A stretch of 64,000 nt of DNA from Bryobacterales bacterium (GTDB lineage: Bacteria; Acidobacteriota; Terriglobia; Bryobacterales; UBA6623). How positions within the stretch are numbered: position 1 is the first letter of the stretch; each line of letters opens with the position of its first letter. Positions 29,950-40,832 of the stretch are shown in pieces. The position numbers and the translations under genes are program-made. The DNA is taken from assembly GCA_963422375.2 (NCBI GenBank), contig OY729427.2:160001-224000 (forward strand), in the 5' to 3' direction. Below the pieces are notes generated by a model. It searched no databases, was not told the DNA's origin, and was given only the letters and a program-made list of their open reading frames with translations.

Positions 29950-32900
29950 GGGAATTATATATCTGAGTGCCGACAACGCCATGTCCGACGAGAACTGCTC
30001 TGATCAGGGAGGTCGGCGTCTGGCTCGGGTCATTCGAATGCGGCCGCGGTAGGCACGGAAAAGTGGGATCGTATCTGAATCGAACCTGCCAGCGGAATGG
30101 ACGAGGCACGGATAAGAGAGGCCCCCCTCGCATGCCCCGATGGAATCCGGTTGGCGGTGGAGGGCACCCCTTGCAAGGGGAATTATATATCTGAGTGCCG
30201 ACAACGCCATGTCCGACGAGAACTGCTGTGAGCAGGGAGGTCGGCGTCTGGCTCGGGTCATTCGAATGCGGCCGCGGTAGGCACAGCAAGGTGGGATCGT
30301 ATCTGAATCGAGCCTGCCAGCGGAATGGACGAGGCACGGATAAGAGAGGCGCCCTCGCATGCCCGGTGGAATCCGGTTGGCGGTGGAGGGCACCCTTTGC
30401 AAGCCGATTGCGTGCCCTGCGAGGGCCGAAGACAGCGGATCCCCGGCGCTCGACGGCCTGCATGAACGGTCCGGGCCGGACGCGGGTCGCGCCGGGGGAT
30501 TCCAGATCCGGCGCGCCCCTCGCACCGAGCGTGAAGCGCACCGAGCGTGAAGAGTGCGTCGGCAGCGGGCTGCGGCGCTCAGCTCGGAGGGCGCCGCTCA
30601 GGCCGCGACTGCGGCCTTGCCGGTCAGCTGCCGGTAGGTCAGCGTCCGGCCGACCAGGCCCCGCGCCATGCGCCGCATCCGTTCCGCCCTTGTTCCGCCG
30701 TGTCGCAGTCGCGGTCGTTGCACCGTCCCGCGAACTCCGTGAGGTAGCGGCCGAGATGACGGACGCTCATCCGGTGATAGGTTCCGTACAGGCCGCGCTT
30801 GAACAGGGACCAAAACGACTCGATGCCGTTCGTATGCGCCGCCCCGCGCACGTACTCGCCGCCGGAGTGCTTGACGGCTTCGTGCGGAAACTCCGCCATG
30901 CCGGCGTAGGCCGCCGCCTCGTCGGAGCGGAGCTGCGCGCCCGGCGCGACCCGGCCGCGCACGAAGCCCTGCAGGTCGCCCTTGGTGGTGCCCGGCAGTG
31001 GCCGCGCGGCCACTGCGTTCGTGGCGCGGTCCCGCGCCCCCGCCACGGGCGTCTTGCCGACGGGCCCGCGCCCGGCGCGGGCCTTCTTGCTCTCGTGCTG
31101 GTTGCGCTCCTTGCCGCCGACGCAGGTCTCGTCCACCTCCACCGGGCCGGCGAACAGGCCCTGATGCCGCTTCCGGCACGCGCGGATGCGGTGCGCCAGG
31201 TGCCAGGCCGACTTCTGGCTGATGCCCAGGTCGCGGTGCAGCTTCATACTTGAGACGCCCTTGATGCCGGTAGTCAACAGGAACAGGGCGACGGCCCGGG
31301 TGCGGTAGCCGAGCTTGGTGTCGGCCATCACGCTGCCGGTGCGCACGGAAAAGCGCCTGCCGCAGCCGCGGCAACGGTACGGCATCGAAGGGTGGGCCGT
31401 GCCGGACTGCACGCTGGATCCGCGGCAGAAGGGGCATACCGGACCGTCGGTCCAGCGCACGGAGGCGAACCACTTTTCCGCGGATTCGTCATCGCGGAAC
31501 ATGGCGATCACTTCAATCGGAGTGATGCCTTTACGAAACCACTTCCCGGGACCTTTCTGCTTCATATACGACCTCACATATCGGAACTATTCTACCAAAA
31601 TAATCCACCGACTGTCAACAGATCTCCGGAAGAAATATGAAATTAATTTATGGACTGATAATTTGCAAAATCGGTTGCCTCGGCACTCAGATATATAATT
31701 CCCCTTGCAAGCCGATTGCGTGCCCTCCGAGGGCCGAAGACAGCGGATCCCCGGCGCTCGACGGCCTGCATGGACGGTCCGGGCCGGACGCGGGTCGCGC
31801 CGGGGGATTCCAGATCCGGCGCGCCCCTCGCACCGAGCGTGCAGCGCATCGAGCGTGAAGAGTGCGTCGGCAGCGGGCTGCGGCGCTCAGCTCGGAGGGC
31901 GCCGCTCGGGCCGCGACCGCGGCCTTGCCGGTCAGCTGCCGGCAGGTCAGCGTCCGGCCGACCAGGCCCCGCGCCATGCGCCGCATCTGTTCCGCCGTGT
32001 CGCAGTCGCGGTCGTTGCACCGTCCCGCGAACTCCGTCAGGTAGCGGCCGAGATGACGGACGCTCATCCGGTGATAGGTTCCGTACAGGCCGCGCTTGAA
32101 CAGGGACCGGAACGATTCGATGCCGTTCGTATGCGCCGCCCCGCGCACGTACTCGCCGCGGGAGTGCTTGACGGCTTCGTGCGGGAACTCCGCCATGCCG
32201 GCGTAGGCCGCCGCCTCGTCGGAGTAGAGCTGCGCCCCCGGCGCGACGCGGGCGCGCACGAAGCCCTGCAGGTCGCCCTTGGCGGTGCCCGGCAGCGGCC
32301 GCGCGGCCACTGCGTTCGTGGCGCGGTCGCGCGCCCCCGCCACCGGGGTCTTGCCGACGGGCCCGCGCCCGGCGCGGGCCTTCTTGCTCTCGTGCTTGTT
32401 GCGCTCCTTGCCGCCGACGCAGGTCTCGTCCACCTCCACCGGGCCGGCGAACAGGCCCTGATCCCGCTCCCGGCACGCGCGGATGCGGTGCGCCAGGTGC
32501 CAGGCCGACTTCCGGCTGATGCCCGGGTCGCGGTGCAGCTTCATGCTCGAGACGCCCTTGATGCCGGTAGTCAGCAGGAACAGGGCGACGGCCCGGGTGC
32601 GGTAGCCGAGCTTGGTGTCGGCCATCACGCTGCCGGTGCGCACCGAAAAGCGCTTGCCGCAGCCGCGGCAACGGTACGGCATCGAAGGGTGGGCCGTGCC
32701 GGACTGCACGCTGGAGCCGCGGCAGTGGGGGCATACCGGACCGTCGGGCCAGCGCATGGAGGCGAACCACTTTTCCGCGGATTCGTCATCGCGGAACATG
32801 GCGATCACTTCAATCAGAGTGATGCCTTTACGAAACCACTTCCCGGGACCTTTCTGCTTCATAGACGACCTCATATATCGGAACTATTCTACCAAAATAA

Positions 32901-33000
32901 TCCACCGACTGTCAACAGATCTCCGGAAGAAATATGAAATTAATTTATGGACTGATAATTTGCAAAATCGGTTGCCTCGGCACTCAGATATATAATTCCC
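29950..33000 (-). mobile_element. ISNwi-type IS1595 element, copy A3 (outer), interrupted by A4
   Basis: Perfect TSD ttttaatt (29942-29949 / 33001-33008); transposase ORF starting near 32862-32874 with stop lost (TGA>CGA). Confidence 0.92.
30178..31703 (-). mobile_element. ISNwi-type IS1595 element, copy A4, nested in the 3' non-coding tail of A3
   Basis: Perfect TSD cttgcaag (30170-30177 / 31704-31711); same 11-bp 3' frameshifting insertion as A2. Confidence 0.92.
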
Positions 33001-33029
33001 TTTTAATTCTAGTAGATTGTAATAATATA

Positions 33030-34048
33030 CCTGATTACCAACGAACGTCAGCCGAGGATATGCTATACTGGAGGAGGTCGGAAACCTCTGACAGGAAAGG
33101 GGATAGCAGATGAAACGCAATCGCGTGCAATTCCAGAAGGGACTCAGCCTGGGCAAGTTCCTGCAGCGCTACGGCAGCGAGGGGCCATGCGAGCAGGCCG
33201 TCTTCAACGCCCGCTGGCCGGACGGCTTCCGCTGCCCGGAGTGCGGCTCCCGACGGCACTGCCGCATCCGCTCCCGCAAGCTCCGGCAGTGCCATGCCTG
33301 CCACCGCCGGACCTCCCTCGTCGCCGGCACGATCTTCGCCGCCACCCAGCTGCCGCTGACCGTCCGGTTGCTGGCGATCCACCTGCTGACGCAGGGCCAG
33401 CACGGCGTTTCGTCGCTGGAACTGGCGCGGCAGCCGGGGGTCAGCCGGAACACGGCTTGGAAGATGAAGCACAAGCTCTTGCAAGTGATGAAGGAGCGCG
33501 ACGAGCGCCTGCCGCCGGGCGGCATCGTGCAGGTGGACGACGCCTACCGGGGCGGGGAGCGGAGCGGCGGCCAGCGCGGGCGCGGCGCCGTTCGTGGCCG
33601 CCGTGCAGGTCAGCGCCGCCGGCCAGCCGGCAAGGATGCGCATGAGCGGCGTGGCGGGCTTCCGCAAGAAGACGCTGGCAGCGTGGGCCGGGCGGCACTT
33701 GCAGCCCGGCACGGAGGTGCATTCCGACGGCCCGGCCTGCTTCCGGGGCGTGGCCGACGCCGGCTGCGAGCACGTGCCGACCGTCACCGGAGGCGGCAAG
33801 CGGAGCTGCGGGGATTCCCGCTTCGTCCGGGTCAACACGATGCTGGCGAACGTCAAGCAGTCCCTGGCGGGAACCTGCCATTCGTTCGACGGCAAGCACC
33901 TGCCGCGGTACCTCGCCGAGTTCCGCTACCGCTTCAACCGCCGCTACGATCTCGAGGCGCTGGTCCCCCGCCTGCTCCACGCCTCCGTGCGCACCCCGCC
34001 CATGCCTTACCGCCTCCTAACCTTGGCTGAGTCTTGTGAGTAATCAGG
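33030..34048 (+). mobile_element. IS1595-group element, copy B3 (frameshifted transposase 33110-34043)
   Basis: cctgatta.. IRs; flanks ataatata/aaaatata (7/8); deletion near 33585 shifts the frame; VQVDDAY, HSDG, VNTMLANVK motifs. Confidence 0.9.
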
Positions 34049-35771
34049 AAAATATATGATTTAATATAAAATATATATAAAGAAATAATGGTAATAATGG
34101 TAAAATCTATTTAATTCCAAATAGATCCAATATCAATGCAATAAGGATCTGATACAAAACTCTCGAAATGCGCCTTGGGACCGCGGCCGGAGCCGGTGCC
34201 CGGCACCTTCCCGGAGGTCCCGGCCAGCGCCGGCCGACCCGCTCGCCGGGCCGAGGCAGCGCCGCCCGTGCCCCGGGCCGGCCCGCAGGTCGCGCGCGGC
34301 AGCGCCGGCGGCCGTCGCGCGGGAGGGTCCGCCAAGGCGCCGGCTAGGGGCCGCCCGCCACGCCCTCGCGACACGCAGCGGGACGGGGATCCTGCGCCGC
34401 GTGCCGCGTCGTCGGCGACGGCGCGTCTCGCGCCGGACCCTGACTGACCGCCGCCCCCTCGCCCCGATGTCAGGTCCGACCGCCGTTGCCACCTCGGGCA
34501 GGGGTGTTGCTCGGCAAGGCCCCTGCGGGTGCCCGGGCCGTCGGCCGGACATCTCCGCTAGCCGGGCCCCTCGGTCCGCCGTCCGCCGACTCGCGTCAGG
34601 GCACCGCCTCAAGTGCCTGAATCGAAAGGCCTTGCGGAGAATCCCACGGCCTCACCCCGGGACGGCCGTACTTGACCAATCCTTCGATGTACGGAATTCT
34701 GAGGCTGCCGAAGTCGCTACAGAACAACCGAGAACCGAACCGAGGATTTTCCAGGCAGCCGGAGCGCACCAGACGCCAAACGAGCGTCCCGCGCCGTGCC
34801 AGGTGACCGACGGCCAAGGGTGCGTGTGACCTCCCTGCGTCGACGCTCGAAGGATCAACCCGGACAGAGGCCGGATCGGGCCTCGTCCGATCATCCGTCC
34901 ATGTTAGTCCGCATTTCCCCACTGCACCGGTGTGGGCCAGTTCTCCTCAGGGGGAGTGCCTTGGCCGACTAGGGGCGACGGCACTGAGACCGGGCCAGCC
35001 ACGCTGGGGTTCGCCGCCATCGGACCGCCCCCGTTGCGCTTGACGCTTCGGCGCACAAAGCCTGCGAAGGGCTCGCGTGGAACCGCCAGCGGCGACAGGT
35101 CGACCTTGCGGTCGGAGTGGCTGTGACCCGGGGGCGTCGCCAGCGACTGACCGGGCGGAGCCAAGCAGGGAAGGGGCACGTTGACGCTACGGGGTCGCCC
35201 AGCAGTCACTTCCCAGCATTCGGGCGTATGCAGCTTGATCGTGGAGCTCCGCTCTAGGTCGGGGCGCGATAGGCGATCGCGAGTTGCTTCATCCCACACC
35301 GGCGGGAGGCCGTCGCGGCCGCACTCGGTGCGCAGCCCGGAACCGCGCTCGAACCGGGCGTTGCGCACGGTGTGGCGACGGGAGGCGACTGGCTTGTGGT
35401 TGACGCGCGGAGAGTAGCGCATCGCACGCAGCAGGCGGCCGCCAAGCTGGCCGCACTGCGACAGATCAACTTGAGCCCACCTATCGGCTCCGCAGCCGTC
35501 TCGCTTGCAAGCAGATCCCTGAGTCTCTGCCTTATGGCAGACCGTTTTGTCGCCGGACTGACGGCTCCCGCCCGCCCGGCGCGTCTGCGCTGCGGCGGCA
35601 CTTGGCCGACAATGGATTGCCGACGATGACTACTATAGACACAATGCTTCGGCTGGGTGCGACGTCCGTCGCAGGCGGCGACTCGCAGCGGATCCAGAAT
35701 TCAGCGCCGGAAACAGGACAGACGTCGTGCAACCTCGCTCCAGCCCCTGCTCGCGACGTTGAAGTAACTCC

Positions 35772-36737
35772 TCAATCTCGCACTGGCGGCATCTGTTCCG
35801 ACGTCATCACGAGCACTCCCCAGAGCTTTGATCTCGCTCCCGCTTCGTCTCGGATCGTCTTCCCTGCCCACCATGTTTCGTGGTGCAAGAGACCGTCCGG
35901 AGAGTTCTCGAACCTGTCTACGTCACCAACTGCGAGATTGAAGCCGATGGGCGTGTCGGGGTCTCCCATCGCCCAGTAGCGGCCGTCTCCGATCTCGATA
36001 CCGCCGTTCAGACGGATTCCAACTTCGATCACGTAACTGTTGTTCGGCTGGTCGATCGAAGTGCGGGTCTCGATAATGTCATCTAGGATCCATCGCCTGT
36101 TGTTCTCCCAGTTCTCGACGGTGCGGCCTGGCCCGTGGGGAAGCATGCCGGGGACGCCCACTCCACCCTCGAGCGACTTGGTCAAGTTGAAGATGATTTG
36201 GATGCCACGGCCGTCTCCGGTGACGTCGGCGATAGGTGTGCCGAGGTCCAGCATTCGTCCGTAGAGGAGGATCTCCACCATGTCGCCGAACCATGGCCAG
36301 CCTCTCTCGCGCTCGCCGATAACGTGTGCGTCCGGGGCTCGGGAAGGCAGCCAGCGATCAGTCTCGATTCCGTACAAGATGTCGTCAGTGACCTCGAGAG
36401 CAATGTAAAGCCGCTCGCCGTCATGCTTGATCCAACCCGAGAAGCTGAGATCTTCCGGCGACCCGATCTCCGCCTGCATGGCTTCGATCCACTCGCGGCT
36501 CCACGTGAAGTGCGCCCCGTCCTCGTATTCGTTCGCCGAGATGCGGCCGTCGAACTCCGGTGTTCCCCCCTTCCAGCAGATCAGTCGCCGCTCGAGGTCC
36601 ACCCTTGCTCCCGCGGCAGCTTGGCGAACGTGATCTGATTCAAGCACTAGCTCGGGGGCGACGGTCCCAGCGGAGCAGCCCGCAAGAATGGCTCCGAGGC
36701 ACGGCACTGCGAGTCTTGCGAACATCGACTTCTTCAT
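35772..36737 (-). CDS. Hypothetical lipoprotein, CBM9/DOMON-like fold possible
   Basis: LAGC lipobox; PEFDGRISANEY, HDGERLYIALEVTDD, YVIEVGI, IGFNLAVGDVD pattern. Confidence 0.65.
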   Translation of the reverse strand: MKKSMFARLAVPCLGAILAGCSAGTVAPELVLESDHVRQAAAGARVDLERRLICWKGGTPEFDGRISANEYEDGAHFTWSREWIEAMQAEIGSPEDLSFSGWIKHDGERLYIALEVTDDILYGIETDRWLPSRAPDAHVIGERERGWPWFGDMVEILLYGRMLDLGTPIADVTGDGRGIQIIFNLTKSLEGGVGVPGMLPHGPGRTVENWENNRRWILDDIIETRTSIDQPNNSYVIEVGIRLNGGIEIGDGRYWAMGDPDTPIGFNLAVGDVDRFENSPDGLLHHETWWAGKTIRDEAGARSKLWGVLVMTSEQMPPVRD

Positions 36738-36947
36738 GATTTCGCCGTGAGAATAGCAGAATGAGGCCTGTGACGCAACAACTCTCCATCGAGCAGGACT
36801 TGCTCTTGAGTCGCGGCTTCCCGCGCCAACTCGATGTCCTCCCGGTAGAGCGGTAAGCTGTTCGCTGGGCGGTTAGGGACGACAATTCAAATGCTGTTCG
36901 GTTCGGGCTCCAGAAGCGCTTCGTCAGGACCGGGCGAGGTCCTCCTG

Positions 36948-37817
36948 CTAATGCCTTGACCGTTGCGGTTGTAGTGGAACACCCTTGAACGTTGCGACCT
37001 GCGCAGTAATGGCTCGCTCAGTAGGAAGCCGCTCCACGCTGCTCGCGCCGAAGAAGCCGACGATTCCTCTGGTGTGCTCGAGGACGTAGCTCACGTCCTC
37101 CGGCTCGCTGACCGGTCCTCCGTGACAGATGACCAGAGCGTCTTCGCGAACCTTCATTGCAGCGTCGTGGATGGCTTGAATCTCCGTTACCGCCTCGTCG
37201 AGGGTCTTGGCTGTCTTGGCGCCGGTCAGGCCCTTAACGGTCAGACCCATGTGGGCAACCAGAACATCGGCTCCGGCTTCGGCCATGGACACGGCCTCCG
37301 CCGCGTTGAACACATAAGGCGTAGTCAGCAGATCCAGCTCGTGCGCGGTGCCGATCATTTCAACTTCCCTAGCGAAACTCATCCCCGTCTCTTCCAAGTT
37401 CCGCCGAAACATACCATCGATCAGTCCCACGGTGGGAAAGTTCTGCACGCCGCTGAACCCGACAGCCTTGATCTCTCGCAGAAAGACCCGCATCAGCCGG
37501 AACGGGTCGGTGCCGCAGACCCCCGCTAGAACCGGAGTGTCGCGAGCGACGGGAAGCACCTCGCGGGCCATGTCCATGACGATCTGGTTCGCGTCGCCAA
37601 AGGGCATGAGCCCCGACAATGAGCCGTGCCCGGCCATGCGAAAGCGACCCGAGTTATAGATAACGATCAGATCCGCGCCGCCGGCCTGAGCGCACTTGGC
37701 AGAGATGCCCGTGCCAGCACCCGCACCGATGATCGGGCTCCCGCGGGACACTTGGTCGCGAAGTGTCGAGACGATGGCGCGTCTTGGATTGGTGGATGTC
37801 TCGGACGGACGGTTCAT
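36948..37817 (-). CDS. Phosphoenolpyruvate-hydrolase-like TIM-barrel protein (Tm-1 C-terminal homologue)
   Basis: IIGAGAGTGISAK, YNSGRFRMAG, GVQNFPTVGLIDG, CHGGP, GFFGASS.ERLP.E. Confidence 0.9.
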   Translation of the reverse strand: MNRPSETSTNPRRAIVSTLRDQVSRGSPIIGAGAGTGISAKCAQAGGADLIVIYNSGRFRMAGHGSLSGLMPFGDANQIVMDMAREVLPVARDTPVLAGVCGTDPFRLMRVFLREIKAVGFSGVQNFPTVGLIDGMFRRNLEETGMSFAREVEMIGTAHELDLLTTPYVFNAAEAVSMAEAGADVLVAHMGLTVKGLTGAKTAKTLDEAVTEIQAIHDAAMKVREDALVICHGGPVSEPEDVSYVLEHTRGIVGFFGASSVERLPTERAITAQVATFKGVPLQPQRSRH

Positions 37818-39046
37818 GTGGGGGCGGACCTAGGCTCGGCATGGAGCTCAACGAGCCGAAGGAGTCCTGCTGCCATCGCGTCGGCGAACGCGGTGTCGTT
37901 GATGTTGGCATCGATCTCGTAGACTGGAATTCCGGGGCGCAAGTTCTCCTTGATGCTGGCGAACAGCGCCTGATCCGCTTCGGGCCAATAAAATGGTTGG
38001 GCCCGAGCGGAGATAATAGAAATCCCCTTGAGCGGCAGATAGACTGCCGCGGGTGCCCTCGATGCATTGAGCCTCGCGGCCAGACGACGTCCCAATTCAC
38101 CGTTCTCCTCGGGTGTTGTTCGCATCAGCGTCACATTTGGGTTGTGCTGGTAGAAACGGCGCTCCCGGTAGGCTGCAGGGACTGAGTCGGGAGCCCAGAA
38201 ATTTACCATGTCGAGGCATCCGGGTGCCACGGCGGCGGGGATCCCAGTCCGGGCCGCGCCTTCGAGGCGCGCGGGGCCGGCACTCATCACTCCTCCGGCG
38301 AGCTCGTCCGCCAGTTCGGTTGTCGTCGCGTCCAACACCCCAGAGATATGGCCGGACTCGACGAGGCTTTCCATGGTTCGCCCGCCGGTGCCCGTTGCGT
38401 GAAAGACGAGAACCTCGAAGCCATTCCGCTCGAGCCGAGCACGGGCGGCCTCGACGCACCGGGTAGTGTTGCCGAACATCGACGCAGCGATCAGTGGCTT
38501 GTCTTCGGCCTCTGGGACCTCAGCTCGGGCCATCGCTGTCACTGCCGCTGCGGCCTGGGCCAGCACGCGCCGGCTGATGCGGTTCAATCCGCTGATATCG
38601 ACGATGGACGGAACCATGGTGATATCCTTCGCGCCAACAAACGCCGAGACGTCGCCCCCGGAGACGGTGGAGACCATGACTTTCGGAACGCCTATCCGCA
38701 GCCCCCTCATGGCGGCGGTCGCCATCGTCGTGCCCGCACTCCCGCCAATGCCGATGACAGCCTGGATTCGACTCCGTGCGTAGAGGCCCGTCACCACCCT
38801 TGCGACACCGCGAGTCATGGCGGCCACTGCATGGCCGCGGTCTCCAGCTTCAGCCAACGACTCGACCCGTTCTCCAGCGGCACGCGCCACCGCTTGGCGA
38901 GAGACGTCTGGTTCCATGAGGGGCGGACCGAGCACGCCAATGTCGACGACGAAGGCGTCGCAACCGCGTGCGCGAATCTGCTCGGCGAGAAACCTAACTT
39001 CCGTTCCCTTGGTGTCCAAGGTTCCGAGAACCGCGATCATTGTCAT
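37814..39046 (-). CDS. Tm-1-like ATP-binding domain protein (UPF0261)
   Basis: LGTLDTKG.E, GIGGSAGT, SMFGNTT, VFHATGTGG, HNPNVTLMRT; ATGA overlap with downstream gene. Confidence 0.9.
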   Translation of the reverse strand: MTMIAVLGTLDTKGTEVRFLAEQIRARGCDAFVVDIGVLGPPLMEPDVSRQAVARAAGERVESLAEAGDRGHAVAAMTRGVARVVTGLYARSRIQAVIGIGGSAGTTMATAAMRGLRIGVPKVMVSTVSGGDVSAFVGAKDITMVPSIVDISGLNRISRRVLAQAAAAVTAMARAEVPEAEDKPLIAASMFGNTTRCVEAARARLERNGFEVLVFHATGTGGRTMESLVESGHISGVLDATTTELADELAGGVMSAGPARLEGAARTGIPAAVAPGCLDMVNFWAPDSVPAAYRERRFYQHNPNVTLMRTTPEENGELGRRLAARLNASRAPAAVYLPLKGISIISARAQPFYWPEADQALFASIKENLRPGIPVYEIDANINDTAFADAMAAGLLRLVELHAEPRSAPT

Positions 39047-39331
39047 AGGGACCTATAGGTTACTGTGAGCGGCAGGAGCGGAGATTCTTGGCGCGGAGGT
39101 CTAGCGCGTGGTTGTCCCCCACCGCTCGTCTAGTAACATGGCACCGACAGCCATGCTAACGGGCGGTCGAGCGTGCAGCGTGCATTGTGGACGGATGGTG
39201 CCTCGGTCTCGGAAGACCTAGGGAGACCATAGTTCCATGAGCCAGCCATTGATCACTGTGGTCGGCGACACATTCGATTGATTCCCACGGCTCGGTGACG
39301 TCACCGACCAAGACCTCGACCTCGGATGGAA

Positions 39332-40693
39332 CTAATCGCGTCCCGCCGCGATCTGAGCGCCGAATACTGCCTGCTCGACCTCGCCATAAACCGCCGGCGG
39401 ATAGCCCGGAATCTGCTCGACACTTTCCGTCTCACGTGCAAGCGGCTTGTGGTAGCTGAGCCGCTCTCGCAGTGCTTCTACTTTGTCCGGACGACTCCCG
39501 GCAAGGTTCACTTCCTCATACGGGTCCTCCCGAATGTTATACAGCTGCAGCTCTTGGTTGCGCCACCCGTAGTAGCTCGCCCCTTCCTCAATCAGCTTCC
39601 AATCGCCTACGCGGATCACCTCGAGCGAATGCACCACCTCGTCGCGGGGACTGCGTCCCCCTTGGGCGAGTGCCTCCCACGCGTCGAGTCCGTCGACCGG
39701 AAGCCCCGAATCGGTATTCGCTCCAGCGAGGCGGGCGAATGTAGGGAATAGATCGATCACGTGCAGCATCTCATCGCTAACCGATCCCGCCGGGATTTGT
39801 CCCGGCCACATCAGGGCTGCAGGCACTCTAATGCCTCCCTCGTGATAATTCGACTTGAAACCGCGGTACGGACCGTTGGATGTCAGCCGAATGCCACCGT
39901 TGTCGTTTGTAAACATCACCAAGGTGTCGTCGCGCAAGCCCTCGCGCTCAAGGGCCTCGAGAACCTGTCCGATAGCAATGTCCATGCATTCCAACTGCGC
40001 CCTCTGAGGCCCCTTCCGCCCTAGATGCTTGTACTTCGCAAGATACTCATCAGGTGCCTGATGAGGACCATGCACGGCGTTGAACGGCAGATACAAGAAA
40101 AACGGCCCCCGCCCGTCGTGCCCCTCGATCAACCGAGTGGCTTCATCCGCCAGCAAATACGTCGAGTAGCCTTCCTCGACCACCGGACGCCCATTCCGAT
40201 GCCAATCAAGCACCGGCCCGCGCATGTGCGTGAATGAATCGATCAACGCCGAGTAGTGCCCGTAATGATGGTCGAACCCACGCTGAAGGGGCAGATGCGG
40301 CCGCTGCCACTCTCCGAGATGCCACTTGCCGACCATCCAAGTGTGGTAGCCAACCTCGCGGAGTGCCTCGGCGATGGTCCGCTCGTCAAGCAGCATGCCG
40401 TGCCGCGACTGCGCAGTCGGCCGCACTTCCATGCCGTTCTTCCAAGCGTACCGGCCGGTCAACAGGCAGGCGCGAGTCGGCGAGCAAACCGGTTGCACGT
40501 AGAACTGCGTTAGCTTGACACCCTCGTCTGCTATGCGGTCGATACTGGGTGTCGGAACTTCCACCCCGCCGTTAAATCCAACCTGCTCCCAGCCCATGTC
40601 GTCGGACAGGAACACGACGAAGTTCGGTCGGGGAGGCGCTTGGGCATAGAGCGTAACAGCGACCAACACCAGCAGCGAAGCACGGGAAATCAT
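39332..40693 (-). CDS. Arylsulfatase B-like Cys-type sulfatase
   Basis: PNFVVFLSDDMGW, CSPTRACLLTGRY, GKWHLG, FNAVHGP.QAP. Confidence 0.9.
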   Translation of the reverse strand: MISRASLLVLVAVTLYAQAPPRPNFVVFLSDDMGWEQVGFNGGVEVPTPSIDRIADEGVKLTQFYVQPVCSPTRACLLTGRYAWKNGMEVRPTAQSRHGMLLDERTIAEALREVGYHTWMVGKWHLGEWQRPHLPLQRGFDHHYGHYSALIDSFTHMRGPVLDWHRNGRPVVEEGYSTYLLADEATRLIEGHDGRGPFFLYLPFNAVHGPHQAPDEYLAKYKHLGRKGPQRAQLECMDIAIGQVLEALEREGLRDDTLVMFTNDNGGIRLTSNGPYRGFKSNYHEGGIRVPAALMWPGQIPAGSVSDEMLHVIDLFPTFARLAGANTDSGLPVDGLDAWEALAQGGRSPRDEVVHSLEVIRVGDWKLIEEGASYYGWRNQELQLYNIREDPYEEVNLAGSRPDKVEALRERLSYHKPLARETESVEQIPGYPPAVYGEVEQAVFGAQIAAGRD

Positions 40694-40832
40694 GCTCGCG
40701 ATTGTCGCACTTGTGAATACTGTCTGTCAATGAAGGAAGCGATTCGGAATGGACGAGCCTGCCAGTCGACCTAGCGACCGCCCCGACTCTGTTCTCGACC
40801 GGAGCTGGCACGATTCACGCAGTCCGCCCTAG

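Noticed and set aside
22473..33000. Recurrent 24-bp sequence gggaattatatatctgagtgccga as a CRISPR or att repeat
   Set aside because: It occurs as inverted pairs flanking transposases with 8-bp TSDs, so these are IS ends; there are no regular spacers or cas genes.
34170..35770. Short ORFs or an ncRNA in the GC-rich gap
   Set aside because: No recognisable motifs, coherent long frame or RNA family signature that I can support.
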